Assembly (NCBI GenBank): GCA_038245115.1
Contig: JBBRSS010000007.1
Location: 1-55,845, forward strand
Origin: Candidatus Saccharimonadia bacterium
Lineage (GTDB): Bacteria > Patescibacteriota > Saccharimonadia > UBA4664
Length of the DNA stretch: 55,845 nt
Direction: 5' to 3'
Part shown: piece after piece, positions 8,287-17,045 of the stretch
Position numbering within the stretch: the stretch's first letter is position 1
How the letters are laid out: the number at the start of each line of letters is the position of its first letter
The notes under the pieces: generated by a model
Told to the model about the DNA's origin: nothing
Databases searched by the model: none
What the model saw: the letters and a program-made list of their open reading frames with translations, nothing else
Program-made: the position numbers and the translations under genes

Positions 8287-8429
8287 ATTTTGTCTCATTT
8301 ACTCGAGTAGTCGCCAAAATAATGAGACACGGCACATATAGGTGTTCTATGTTTCATTTGTCTCTTTTTTATCTGTATAGTGTCAAAAAGTGAGACAGCA
8401 ACCCAGTCCCAGGCCCGTGCGTTCCGCCA
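8287..8429 (+). repeat. Right arm (A), copy 2; attR-like end of the composite island
   Basis: Alignable to 5578-5721; ends GTTCCGCCA. Confidence 0.95.
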
Positions 8430-8469
8430 GTGTTTGTCTTGAATTATTCAGGCCGGGCGCTGGTTTTTT
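8427..8469 (+). terminator. Probable displaced native tRNA terminator
   Basis: CCAGTGTTTGTCTTGAA / TTCAGGCCGGGCGCTGG stem (with G-U pairs) followed by TTTTTT immediately after the last att core. Confidence 0.45.
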
Positions 8470-8484
8470 GGTTATAATGTAGGC

Positions 8485-9030
8485 ATGAATGTTCTGGCAG
8501 CAATCGGTTTAATTGTGGTGCTGGCGGCGCTGGCATTATTTGTGATGGTAATGGTGGTTTACGGCTATTTTATGTTGCGCAATCGGGTGCCGTATGTGGT
8601 GTTGCCGGATGGAGCGATGAAGGCGGTGGTGGATAGGCTTGGGGTGCGAGACGGGGATTTTGTGTATGATCTCGGTTGCGGCGACGGCAGGGTGATTGCC
8701 GCATTGCAAAGCGATAATTCAAATGCTCAATACATTGGGGTCGAGAATAATTGGGTGGTTTGGGGCTTGGCAATGCGGCGTTTGCGGGGGAGAGCTAAGT
8801 TGGTTCGTGGAGAGATATCGAAGGCGAATCTTCAGGAAGCCACGCGGGTATTTGCCTATCTGGGACCGAAAATGATGGCTGAGCTGGAGCTGAGGTTTGA
8901 GATGGAGCTGCCGAGCGGGGCGCGGCTGGCCAGTGTGCAGTTCCCCCTACCGAACAGGAAGCCGGACGAAGAAGTGGAGCTTACGGGTAGCGCCAGCCAT
9001 GCTGCAAGGCTCTACATATATAATTATTAG
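8485..9030 (+). CDS. Class I SAM-dependent methyltransferase with N-terminal TM helix
   Basis: YDLGCGDGR motif I, GVE, FAYL. Confidence 0.85.
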   Translation: MNVLAAIGLIVVLAALALFVMVMVVYGYFMLRNRVPYVVLPDGAMKAVVDRLGVRDGDFVYDLGCGDGRVIAALQSDNSNAQYIGVENNWVVWGLAMRRLRGRAKLVRGEISKANLQEATRVFAYLGPKMMAELELRFEMELPSGARLASVQFPLPNRKPDEEVELTGSASHAARLYIYNY

Positions 9031-9657
9031 ATGGCAGCTAAACGAAAAGTAATTATCACTCACGGATGGAACGATAGCCCGGCTAACCTCTGGATAAGTT
9101 GGCTGGCCGGCGAGCTGGAGGCGAGGGGTTTTGAAGTGATCGTGCCAGCGATGCCGAGACCACGGGTGCCGAAGCTCGATGTGTGGCTCAAAACGTTGTC
9201 TGATGCGGCAGGTGAACTTGATGGGAATACGACGTTGGTAGGATATTCCCTTGGTACGCCAACGACATTGCGGTTCATAAATGATTATGTAAAGGACGTC
9301 AAAATAGCCGGTCTGGTCCTGGTGGCGGGGTTTGGTGATGGGATTATGGACAAACCCGGGCCGCTGTTTGACCCGCCGCTGGAATTTGATCGTATTACCC
9401 GGCGGGCGAAAACACGCGTCGTAATTTATTCGAATAATGATCCGTTGATTGCTCCTAAGTACAGCCAGCAACTGGCGGTTAATTTGGGGGCTCGGGAGCT
9501 GATTGTGATGGGCGGCGGGCATTTTATGGGTAAAAATCACTTCCCTAGTTCAATAGACCGGTTGCCGGCAGCGCTGGAGGCGGTGTTGAGTGCTTATCCG
9601 AGGGGGTGGAGGTATAGACTAGGAGGTGTCTGGCGGAGTTTGGTTCATCGTTTTTGA
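9031..9657 (+). CDS. RBBP9/YdeN-family alpha/beta hydrolase
   Basis: THGW, W..WL..EL, GYSLG nucleophile elbow, S.ND, GGHF. Confidence 0.85.
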   Translation: MAAKRKVIITHGWNDSPANLWISWLAGELEARGFEVIVPAMPRPRVPKLDVWLKTLSDAAGELDGNTTLVGYSLGTPTTLRFINDYVKDVKIAGLVLVAGFGDGIMDKPGPLFDPPLEFDRITRRAKTRVVIYSNNDPLIAPKYSQQLAVNLGARELIVMGGGHFMGKNHFPSSIDRLPAALEAVLSAYPRGWRYRLGGVWRSLVHRF

Positions 9658-9713
9658 AGGGGGTAAAATGATATTCTCAACTAGGTGGATGGGTATAACG
9701 AGGGGGTATTAAT

Positions 9714-10118
9714 ATGGCAGAAGATTTGAAAAATAAGCCTGAGGGATATTGGAAGTCCAAGCTGACGCCGGAGCAGTATCGGATTATGCGCCAGAAGGGG
9801 ACGGATGCGCCGTTTACCGGGCAGTATGAGCACAACGCTGAGCCTGGGATGTACGCTTGCGCGGCTTGTGGGCAGGTGCTGTTTTCGAGCGATACTAAGT
9901 TTGATAGCGGCTCGGGCTGGCCGAGTTTTTATGATGTGGCGCAAATGGGCACGGCGGAGCTTCATGATGATAAAAGCTTCGGAATGGTGCGCACAGAAGC
10001 GACTTGTGCGAACTGCGGGGCGCACTTGGGGCACGTATTTCCTGACGGGCCGAAGGATAAAACTGGCCAGCGGTATTGTATCAACTCGACGTCGCTGAAG
10101 TTTACGCCGAAGTCTTAA
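9714..10118 (+). CDS. msrB: Peptide-methionine (R)-S-oxide reductase
   Basis: [27 protein letters not shown]. Confidence 0.97.
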   Translation: MAEDLKNKPEGYWKSKLTPEQYRIMRQKGTDAPFTGQYEHNAEPGMYACAACGQVLFSSDTKFDSGSGWPSFYDVAQMGTAELHDDKSFGMVRTEATCANCGAHLGHVFPDGPKDKTGQRYCINSTSLKFTPKS

Positions 10119-10136
10119 AATGCCTCGTAAAAGGGT

Positions 10137-10168
10137 AAAACCCCGCATACCTGGAAGGCATGCGGGGG
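10137..10168 (-). terminator. Intrinsic terminator of the minus-strand cluster
   Basis: Minus strand CCCCGCATGCCT-TCC-AGGTATGCGGGG followed by TTTT. Confidence 0.6.
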
Positions 10169-10201
10169 CCGGAATGATTGTCGCTCATCCGGCGGAAGGC
10201 G

Positions 10202-10822
10202 TTAGCGGGCGATGAAGAAGTCGACTGATTGGTCGTTGGCGGCGCAATGGGCCTGATAGGCAGGCTCAGCGACGTCAACCAGGTAGCGTCGAATTTGCTC
10301 GGGCGTGTAGCCCTTGCGCTGGACATCACGGCTCATGCGGCGGGCGAGCCGATCTTCGAACGAGCGCCAGGCAGTGCTTGTGAGCGTAGCGTGTTGGCGG
10401 ATGATCGGGTGGTTGGCGAAGATGCCCTCAACCACGATGATGGGTTGCGGCGCTACGGGCACGGTTTTGCCGGTGGGTTCGCTGGTGAGCATGTCGTACA
10501 CCGGTCGCTCGACGGATTGGCCGTTCTTGAGCGACAGTATGTGGCCGGCCAGCTGAGCCAGATTGACGGCCTCGGGGAGGTCGAAGTTTTTGGCATCGTC
10601 GGGTGACATTGATGTGCGCATGCGAGAGCGGCCGATGTAGTAGTCGTCGGTACTCAGGCTGGCGAGCTGGCCAAAATGCTCGGCCAAAAGATCCATGAGG
10701 GTGCTTTTACCGCTCGCACTTGGGCCGCCGAGGGTCATGACGATGGGCTGGGCGGTGTCGGCGTTGAGGCTAGCGAGGCGTTCAACGAGCTCATTGATGT
10801 CAGTGAGAGTTGGTGTGGTCAT
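10202..10822 (-). CDS. Uridine kinase-like P-loop kinase
   Basis: GGPSASGKST, STDDYY, NFDLPEA, PVYD, VEGIFA, RR..RD. Confidence 0.85.
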   Translation of the reverse strand: MTTPTLTDINELVERLASLNADTAQPIVMTLGGPSASGKSTLMDLLAEHFGQLASLSTDDYYIGRSRMRTSMSPDDAKNFDLPEAVNLAQLAGHILSLKNGQSVERPVYDMLTSEPTGKTVPVAPQPIIVVEGIFANHPIIRQHATLTSTAWRSFEDRLARRMSRDVQRKGYTPEQIRRYLVDVAEPAYQAHCAANDQSVDFFIAR

Positions 10823-10857
10823 GATGTCTCCATTTCAAGGGGCGGTCGTCGGGTGGA

Positions 10858-11205
10858 TCAGCAGCTCATGCCGTCAAAATGGCTTCGTTCGAGGCTATCC
10901 TTGCATTCTGCACAGAGGGGGTATGAGGAAACAAACCCAGGCTCTTCGTAGTAGTGCACCACTTTCCCGTCCTCGATGCGGGTGTAGGTAGCGGCGGGCC
11001 GCAGCTCGCAGAAGTGGCAACGAATCGGGATCGGTACGACGATCGTTTCGGTAGGGACTGGTGTCGTGAAGATGAGGTGCTTTGCTGCTTGTTCGGCCTC
11101 GGCCAGGTTGCGCTTGGCTTCCTTGACGCGGGCTTCTGCGGGCGTGTCTGCGGGTGTGCTAGGTACGGATACGCTACCCCAGCGGAAATGCAGGCTATCA
11201 GACAT
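10858..11205 (-). CDS. Small hypothetical protein with two CxxC motifs
   Basis: CHFC and CAEC; AAAGGAAA RBS-like sequence upstream; co-oriented with neighbours. Confidence 0.6.
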   Translation of the reverse strand: MSDSLHFRWGSVSVPSTPADTPAEARVKEAKRNLAEAEQAAKHLIFTTPVPTETIVVPIPIRCHFCELRPAATYTRIEDGKVVHYYEEPGFVSSYPLCAECKDSLERSHFDGMSC

Positions 11206-11303
11206 ATCGTTTCCTTTGTGAAGGTGCGGGTGGGTCCTGCTGAGCCGGCGACGGTGTCGTAGGCTCAGGTTGGACCCCGAGCGGTAATGCTCGGGGTGAT
11301 GGG

Positions 11304-11666
11304 CTAGGGGACGGTGCCGTCATCGAGATTGTCGATGATACGGGCATGTGGCTTCGGGCGGCGAGTGCCCCCTGGAGAATCCTCAATCACGTGGAGGCCT
11401 TTTTTGGCGGCCAGTATGGCCTCAGAACCAGGTCGAGGATCGGCAAGTGAGCCGGGAGTTTCCATCCCGAGGTACCGAAGCATGTCGTCTGGGTCGTCGT
11501 ACGCTTCGTCAATACTGGCGGTCGTTGCGACTGTGCAGGCGGCGTCATTCTCGTGCGAGAACTGTTGCCGGCCATTGTGGCCGACTTTGCTGAGCTCGAG
11601 TTCCCCGGGGAGAATTCGGCAGCTGCAGCGCACGCAGTAGTGCTTCTTGGTGCAGACCTTAAGCAT
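11304..11666 (-). CDS. Small hypothetical Cys/His-rich protein
   Basis: H.CVRC...H....C; AGGAG RBS and a consensus promoter upstream. Confidence 0.6.
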   Translation of the reverse strand: MLKVCTKKHYCVRCSCRILPGELELSKVGHNGRQQFSHENDAACTVATTASIDEAYDDPDDMLRYLGMETPGSLADPRPGSEAILAAKKGLHVIEDSPGGTRRPKPHARIIDNLDDGTVP

Positions 11667-11721
11667 CGCTTTCTCCTACCTGGAAGTTGCTATCGTCGGG
11701 CTGGTCCGATCGACTTGCAAC

Positions 11722-11750
11722 ATAATACTGCTTTTGTTCCGATATGTCAA
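11722..11750 (-). promoter_or_regulatory. Sigma70 promoter for the 11666-10202 cluster
   Basis: Minus strand TTGACA (11750-11745), 17 nt, TATTAT (11727-11722). Confidence 0.7.
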
Positions 11751-11839
11751 TATGTATACGGCCGAATATTGCGCCAACAGATAGTATTGGTGTCACAAAT
11801 GAACTGTACAAAACTGGAAATCAGGATTAATATAGGCCT

Positions 11840-12637
11840 ATGAACCCTGATTTACTTATCCAAATGGGATTAACGCCTGCTCAAGCCAAAACATATCTCG
11901 AGCTGGTGAAGGCCGGCAGTCTGACGCCGCCGCAGCTAGCTAAGAAGATTGATGAGAGTCGGACCACGGCCTATATGGCGCTGGCGCGGTTGGAGGAGGT
12001 GGGGCTGGCTATTAAGCAGGCTGGCACCAAGAAGCAGACATACGAACCGGCCAGTCCGAGCGCGTTGGAGAAGTTTTTGGCTGACCGACAGGCAGATCTG
12101 GCGCGGACTGAGCGGGCTTATAGGGATGCGCTGCCGAATCTGTTGAGTTATTACTACACTTATCGCGGCAAACCGGGGGTGCGGTTCTTTGAGGGTGATG
12201 ACGGGCTGGAGAAGCTATACGAAGATATTTTGAGGACGCGCGCTACTGTCGATATTGTGCGTACGACGGCCGATGAGGAGAACTTTGGGGAGGGTCGAGA
12301 TGTTGGGTCGATTTTGGGGAAGTATCTCAACACGCGGGCGAAGCTCGATATTACTTCGCAACTGCTGGCTCCGGCGCTGCCAGGAGCAATAAAGTGGGCC
12401 GATGAGAACGATGAGCGGCTCAAGCGCAAAGTGACCTGGTTCCCGCCGGCTGCCTATACGGCGCCGGTGGAGATTAATGTGTACGGGAATAAGATATCGT
12501 TTATTTCGTTCGGCGATGAGGCTATTGGGACGATTATTGAGAGCCCGCAGATAGCCCTGGCGATGCGTGAGCTATATGCCATGGCGCAAATTGGAGCCGA
12601 AACTTTGATGGGGCGCGGGTATAAGATTGATTCATGA
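11840..12637 (+). CDS. TrmB-family transcriptional regulator
   Basis: N-terminal wHTH (LGL...QAKTY..L...RTTAY..L..L...GL), P.VRFFEG..G, IYGNKI..ISF...IES..IA. Confidence 0.9.
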   Translation: MNPDLLIQMGLTPAQAKTYLELVKAGSLTPPQLAKKIDESRTTAYMALARLEEVGLAIKQAGTKKQTYEPASPSALEKFLADRQADLARTERAYRDALPNLLSYYYTYRGKPGVRFFEGDDGLEKLYEDILRTRATVDIVRTTADEENFGEGRDVGSILGKYLNTRAKLDITSQLLAPALPGAIKWADENDERLKRKVTWFPPAAYTAPVEINVYGNKISFISFGDEAIGTIIESPQIALAMRELYAMAQIGAETLMGRGYKIDS

Positions 12638-13341
12638 GTATTGTAGACGTTAAAACCCAATTGAGGGGGCTGGGGACGCCAGAGAAGGCCAGGGCGTCGG
12701 CTTGGTTTTTTAAGACCGGGCCAGGCCAATACGGTGAGGGCGATGTGTTTGTGGGCGTAACGGTGCCGGAGCAGCGCAAAGTGGCCAAGCGCTACCGGGA
12801 GCTTTCCGTGCAGGAGGTGGAGCAGTTGCTGCACTCGCCGGAGCATGAATTTAGGCTGACGGCGCTACTGATTTGGGTTGATCAATTCAAGTGGGGTGAT
12901 GAGGCGACGCGGAGGGGAATTTATCAGTTTTATCTGGCGAATACGCGCTGGATTAACAATTGGGACTTGGTGGACACTTCGGCGGCTGCGATAGTGGGAG
13001 CTTGGACCGAGACGCGTGATCGTACGGTGCTGGATAGGCTGGCGGTGTCGGAGAGTCTGTGGGAGCGGCGGATCGCGATAATAGCTACCCTGTGGTTTAT
13101 AAATCTGGGGCAGGCCGAGGATACGCTGCGAATTGCCGATATTTTGCTGACAGATACGCACGATTTGATTCATAAGGCGACGGGGTGGATGCTGCGGGAG
13201 GTTGGGAAGCGGTGCAGCCAGGAGGTGCTCGAGGCATGGTTGGCGACGCGTTACCGGACCATGCCGCGGACTATGTTGCGCTACGCCATTGAGCGGTTTG
13301 AGCCCGAGCGGCGGCAGGCGTATTTGAAGGGGACAATATGA
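12634..13341 (+). CDS. DNA alkylation repair protein (AlkD-like)
   Basis: FFKTGPGQYGEGD, HEFRL, NNWDLVD, WERR, KATGWMLRE, RTMLRYAIE. Confidence 0.92.
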   Translation: MSIVDVKTQLRGLGTPEKARASAWFFKTGPGQYGEGDVFVGVTVPEQRKVAKRYRELSVQEVEQLLHSPEHEFRLTALLIWVDQFKWGDEATRRGIYQFYLANTRWINNWDLVDTSAAAIVGAWTETRDRTVLDRLAVSESLWERRIAIIATLWFINLGQAEDTLRIADILLTDTHDLIHKATGWMLREVGKRCSQEVLEAWLATRYRTMPRTMLRYAIERFEPERRQAYLKGTI

Positions 13342-13646
13342 ACGTAGCGGAATATTGCCTGAGCTTGGTGGGTGCAGAGGAAACGTATCCGTTTGGGGCG
13401 GACGTGACTGTAATGAAGGTGGGCGGGAAGATTTTTGCGATAATGGCGGCGGTGGACGAGCCTGCAAATATTAGCCTCAAGTGCGATCCGATGCGGGCGA
13501 TAATGCTGCGGCAGGAGCATCCGGAAATTACTGCGGGGTACCATTTAAACAAAGTTCACTGGAATACACTTGCCCTGAATGGCGACTTGCCCGATGATTT
13601 GGTACGAGAGTTAATTGATCATTCTTATAGTTTGGTGCATAAATAG
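13338..13646 (+). CDS. MmcQ/YjbR-family protein
   Basis: PFG...KVGGKIFA, LKCDP, GYHLNKVHWN. Confidence 0.92.
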   Translation: MNVAEYCLSLVGAEETYPFGADVTVMKVGGKIFAIMAAVDEPANISLKCDPMRAIMLRQEHPEITAGYHLNKVHWNTLALNGDLPDDLVRELIDHSYSLVHK

Positions 13647-13655
13647 GAGGTTTTT

Positions 13656-14048
13656 ATGGGAAGAGTAGTGCATTTTGAGATTCATGCGGCTGATCCGGAG
13701 CGAGCCGTGAAGTTTTACGAGAGCGTGTTTGACTGGGAAATTAAGAAGTGGGACGGCCCCATGGATTACTGGCTGGTGATGACCGGTGAGGACGATGACG
13801 GCATCGATGGGGCGATTATGAAGCGGATGGGGGAGAACCCAAAATCGTCCGATATGCCGCCGGTGGTGGGCTACGTGAATACGGTGCAGGTGGATGATCT
13901 GGACGAGTCGATCGAAAAGGCGCTGAAGGCGGGCGGCACCGAGGCGTTGGCGAAAATGCCGGTGCCGGGGGTGGGCTGGTTGGCTTATTTTCATGACACT
14001 GAGGGCAATATATTTGGGATGATGAAGAATGATACCAGTGCAGAATAA
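13656..14048 (+). CDS. VOC/glyoxalase-family protein
   Basis: VVHFEI...DPERA..FY..VF.W; DTEGN.FG. Confidence 0.92.
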   Translation: MGRVVHFEIHAADPERAVKFYESVFDWEIKKWDGPMDYWLVMTGEDDDGIDGAIMKRMGENPKSSDMPPVVGYVNTVQVDDLDESIEKALKAGGTEALAKMPVPGVGWLAYFHDTEGNIFGMMKNDTSAE

Positions 14049-14063
14049 CCAAGGAGCAAACTA

Positions 14064-14381
14064 GTGTCGGCAAAAAAACAGTATCAGGAGCTGGTGAATC
14101 GCCTGGTGACCACGCACCGCGCGGAGGTGAAGGTGAGCAAAATGTATGGCATGTCGGTACTGACGACGCAGGGTCGGGCATTTGCCGGGTTTTCGAAGGA
14201 TGATCTGGTGGTGAGGCTCGATAGCCTCGAATTTAATAAGGCGAGCGGGCTCAAAGGGTCGGAGCCGTACGCTATGAGCAACGGCCAGATTTTGCCGGAG
14301 TGGCTGCGGGTGCCGGCGGTGCATGTAAGTCACTGGCGCGGATTGAGCGAAGACGCTCGGGTATATGCCAACGAGGGCTAG
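14064..14381 (+). CDS. Hypothetical protein, TfoX-N-like
   Basis: KMYG...G.AFAG..LVVRL...EWL pattern; GGAG RBS. Confidence 0.6.
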   Translation: MSAKKQYQELVNRLVTTHRAEVKVSKMYGMSVLTTQGRAFAGFSKDDLVVRLDSLEFNKASGLKGSEPYAMSNGQILPEWLRVPAVHVSHWRGLSEDARVYANEG

Positions 14382-14425
14382 GTGGAGATGACGATTGCTC
14401 TGGCAAGATGATAAGATATGGAGCG

Positions 14426-14830
14426 ATGGCAGGTAACCCGAACAAAAAAGTGATCGATAAGTTGGGCGTCAAAGCTGGCGCCCGATTAATTGTGATGCAC
14501 GCGCCCGAGGGGTATATGGAGCTGATGCCGGAGCTTGGCGAGCGTGCCAATGTCGCGAGTCGGCTGAGCGGGCGGTTTGATGTTATACAGTATTTTGCCA
14601 CTAGTTTTGAGCAACTCGGGGCGGTATTTCCGAATTTGGGCTCGCATTTGGAGCCGGGCGGGATGTTGTGGATTTGCTGGGCCAAGCGGACTTCACGGTT
14701 AAATACGGGGCTGAATGAGGGGATTGTGCGCGAGTTGGGCTTGAAGGCCGGGCTGGTGGACGTGAAGGTGGCTTCGCTGACCAACGATTGGTCGGGATTG
14801 AAATTTGTTTACAGACTAAAAGATCGGTAA
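14426..14830 (+). CDS. DUF3052-like protein
   Basis: KLG.K, GMLWICWAK, GLVDVKVAS, WSGLKFV.R. Confidence 0.75.
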   Translation: MAGNPNKKVIDKLGVKAGARLIVMHAPEGYMELMPELGERANVASRLSGRFDVIQYFATSFEQLGAVFPNLGSHLEPGGMLWICWAKRTSRLNTGLNEGIVRELGLKAGLVDVKVASLTNDWSGLKFVYRLKDR

Positions 14831-14840
14831 GAATTACGAC

Positions 14841-15836
14841 ATGTACGAATCATTGCACAATCACACTGTTGCCTCGGACGGCACGCAGACATATTTGGAG
14901 GTGTTAGAGGCGGCGCGACGAAATAAGGTGAGCGTGGTGGCGTTTACCGACCATGATACGCTACCGAGCGCGGCTGACTTGGAGATACTAAAAGCTTATG
15001 AGGGCCCGGTGAAGTGGCTGTTGGGCTGCGAAGTGTCGAGTGGCCTGCCGGTGGAATTAGGTGGCGGGGTGACGAGTAGCCTGCATATATTGGGGCTGTT
15101 TACGGATCCGACTAATGCGGCGTTGCTGGCGCACTGTACCAAAGCGGTGGCGGCGCGCATTGAGCGGATGGAGCGGATTGTGGGCAATCTGAAGGGGCTC
15201 GGGTTCACGATAAGTATTGATGATTGTTTGGCGGCGTCGGGTGGGGAGACGGTGGGGCGGCCGCATATCGTGCGGGCGCTGAACTCACACGCTGAGAATG
15301 CGGCGGTTATTGAGGTAATGAAGGCCGATATGGAGAAGGCGGCAGTGGACAGCGCGGCGGTGGCGATGGATTATGCGCACATGATGGAGCGGCCGCCGAG
15401 CGATTATCCGTATCGGTTGTTTTTGAGCGACGACGCGTTTATTCCGGGGGTTTATGTGGATTATTTGTACTCGATTGATATGGATAGCGCCGTGAAATTG
15501 ATCCGAGGGGCCGGAGGAGTGGCGATTGTGGCGCACTGGTACACCGCGCAGCGCAAGGTTGACGCCGAGATGCTTGAGGGTATGGTGCGGGATGGCCGAC
15601 TTGATGGCGTAGAGATATTGGGCAACCCAATGAACGGCATGGCGCGTCGAGCCGAATCGACTTTGAGCGCGATAGTGAAGCGTACGGGCTGCATTGCGAC
15701 CTACGGGACTGATGGCCACCGCGAGCAGGATATGGAGAATTTTGTGAACGATCAGAGCGTGGCGAGTAAGAGTATCGGCGAAACGGCGAAGTTGATTGAG
15801 CGGGTGAAGCCGGATTTGAGCTGGTCGAATCTCTAA
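14841..15836 (+). CDS. PHP-domain metal-dependent phosphoesterase
   Basis: LHNHT..SDG, TDHDT, G.E.S, HILG, GRPH, AH, G.DGH. Confidence 0.92.
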   Translation: MYESLHNHTVASDGTQTYLEVLEAARRNKVSVVAFTDHDTLPSAADLEILKAYEGPVKWLLGCEVSSGLPVELGGGVTSSLHILGLFTDPTNAALLAHCTKAVAARIERMERIVGNLKGLGFTISIDDCLAASGGETVGRPHIVRALNSHAENAAVIEVMKADMEKAAVDSAAVAMDYAHMMERPPSDYPYRLFLSDDAFIPGVYVDYLYSIDMDSAVKLIRGAGGVAIVAHWYTAQRKVDAEMLEGMVRDGRLDGVEILGNPMNGMARRAESTLSAIVKRTGCIATYGTDGHREQDMENFVNDQSVASKSIGETAKLIERVKPDLSWSNL

Positions 15837-16957
15837 GATGGGCCGGCCCATTCGCGGGTGAAGCGGCGGATGACGTTATAGTAATTCTCGAGGTCGGTGA
15901 GGTCGATCCATTCGCCGGAACCGTGTTGGTTGCCGCCAGTTGGTCGGACTGACACAATCGGGATATTGTGACGCGCAAAGAAGCGGGCATCGGAGGCGCC
16001 ATTGGATATAACATTTGGCAGGGTGTGGTTTGTAAGTTCGCTGGCGATTGTGCGAAACAGCTTTACTGGTCCGTTGTGGGGCAGGTGGTACGCAGGGTCG
16101 GAGAGGGGCAGAGTGTAGGTGACACCAGGTACAGCGGCCGCGGCATCGTCGAGCCACTGTTGGATGGTAGCAACTTGTAGCCCGGGTGGGAGGCGGAAGT
16201 CGATGGCGGCGGTGGCGTGGTCGGGAACTTGGTTGGCAACATTGCCGCCAAGGAGGTGCCCAAGGTTGATGGTGTGGTGCGCGTGGGTTGGGTCGCCGCA
16301 GGGCTCCGTGACAGCGTGCGATTGAACGTTGCCAATGTATGCTATGAGCCGATCAAGGGCGTTGGCGCCCCGCCAAGCGGTGGAGGCATGGGTGGACTCC
16401 CCGGTAGAGGTGAGGTCGGCCCAAACGATGCCTTTGGCTCCCACTTCCATTTCCCAGTTGAATCCGCCGTCGGGGATAAGGGCGGCTTGCCCGCGGTAAC
16501 CTTCATTGATGAGCCAGTTGACGCCGCTTTGGCCGCCGACTTCTTCGTCGGAGGTAAGCATGAGACCAAGATCATAGTTTGCCAGGTCGGGGCCGAGTTC
16601 CTGGAGGAGGCGGATGAAGCAAGCAATGGCGAATTTCATATCGTAGGCGCCACGGCCAATGAGCTTACCGGCATGAATTTTTGGAGTAAAATCTTTGGTG
16701 GCTCCGGGAACTACATCCATGTGGCCGGCGAGCCAGAGGCGAGGATTTTTAACGTTTTCTGTGCCTGGCGTAGTGGCGATTAAGATCGGGAAGCCATTGT
16801 TTTGGAGGTGCTTAAACGTGAGCGGGAGATGATGAAGTTGTTCCTGGACCCAATCCAACGCGGCGCGGTTGGTGGCGTGGTCACTTGAGACCGTGGGCAT
16901 CCGGATGAGATGAGAAAGCAGATCAGTGAGAGTGGTAGGTTTGGGGGAGGTTGTCAT
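15833..16957 (-). CDS. M20 peptidase (ArgE/DapE family)
   Basis: GHMDVV, GRGAYDMK, DEEVGG, H.S, G.SDAR, H...E. Confidence 0.92.
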   Translation of the reverse strand: MTTSPKPTTLTDLLSHLIRMPTVSSDHATNRAALDWVQEQLHHLPLTFKHLQNNGFPILIATTPGTENVKNPRLWLAGHMDVVPGATKDFTPKIHAGKLIGRGAYDMKFAIACFIRLLQELGPDLANYDLGLMLTSDEEVGGQSGVNWLINEGYRGQAALIPDGGFNWEMEVGAKGIVWADLTSTGESTHASTAWRGANALDRLIAYIGNVQSHAVTEPCGDPTHAHHTINLGHLLGGNVANQVPDHATAAIDFRLPPGLQVATIQQWLDDAAAAVPGVTYTLPLSDPAYHLPHNGPVKLFRTIASELTNHTLPNVISNGASDARFFARHNIPIVSVRPTGGNQHGSGEWIDLTDLENYYNVIRRFTREWAGPS

Positions 16958-17045
16958 GAGATTATCCATTATATTAATGCACCAGAGGTGTTTTGTGGAG
17001 TCGCTATTCGCTTTTTGTTCGTAGCGGCTGGTATATAATGGGGCT

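Larger units (their letters stand above)
5715..8429. mobile_element. Integrative element 2, non-autonomous (AbrB-like regulator + ABC transporter)
   Basis: Same left arm (5715-5852) and right arm (8287-8429) as element 1 but no recombinase gene. Confidence 0.75.

Noticed and set aside
1-8429. Prophage or ICE
   Set aside because: No structural, replication or conjugation genes between the att-like ends.
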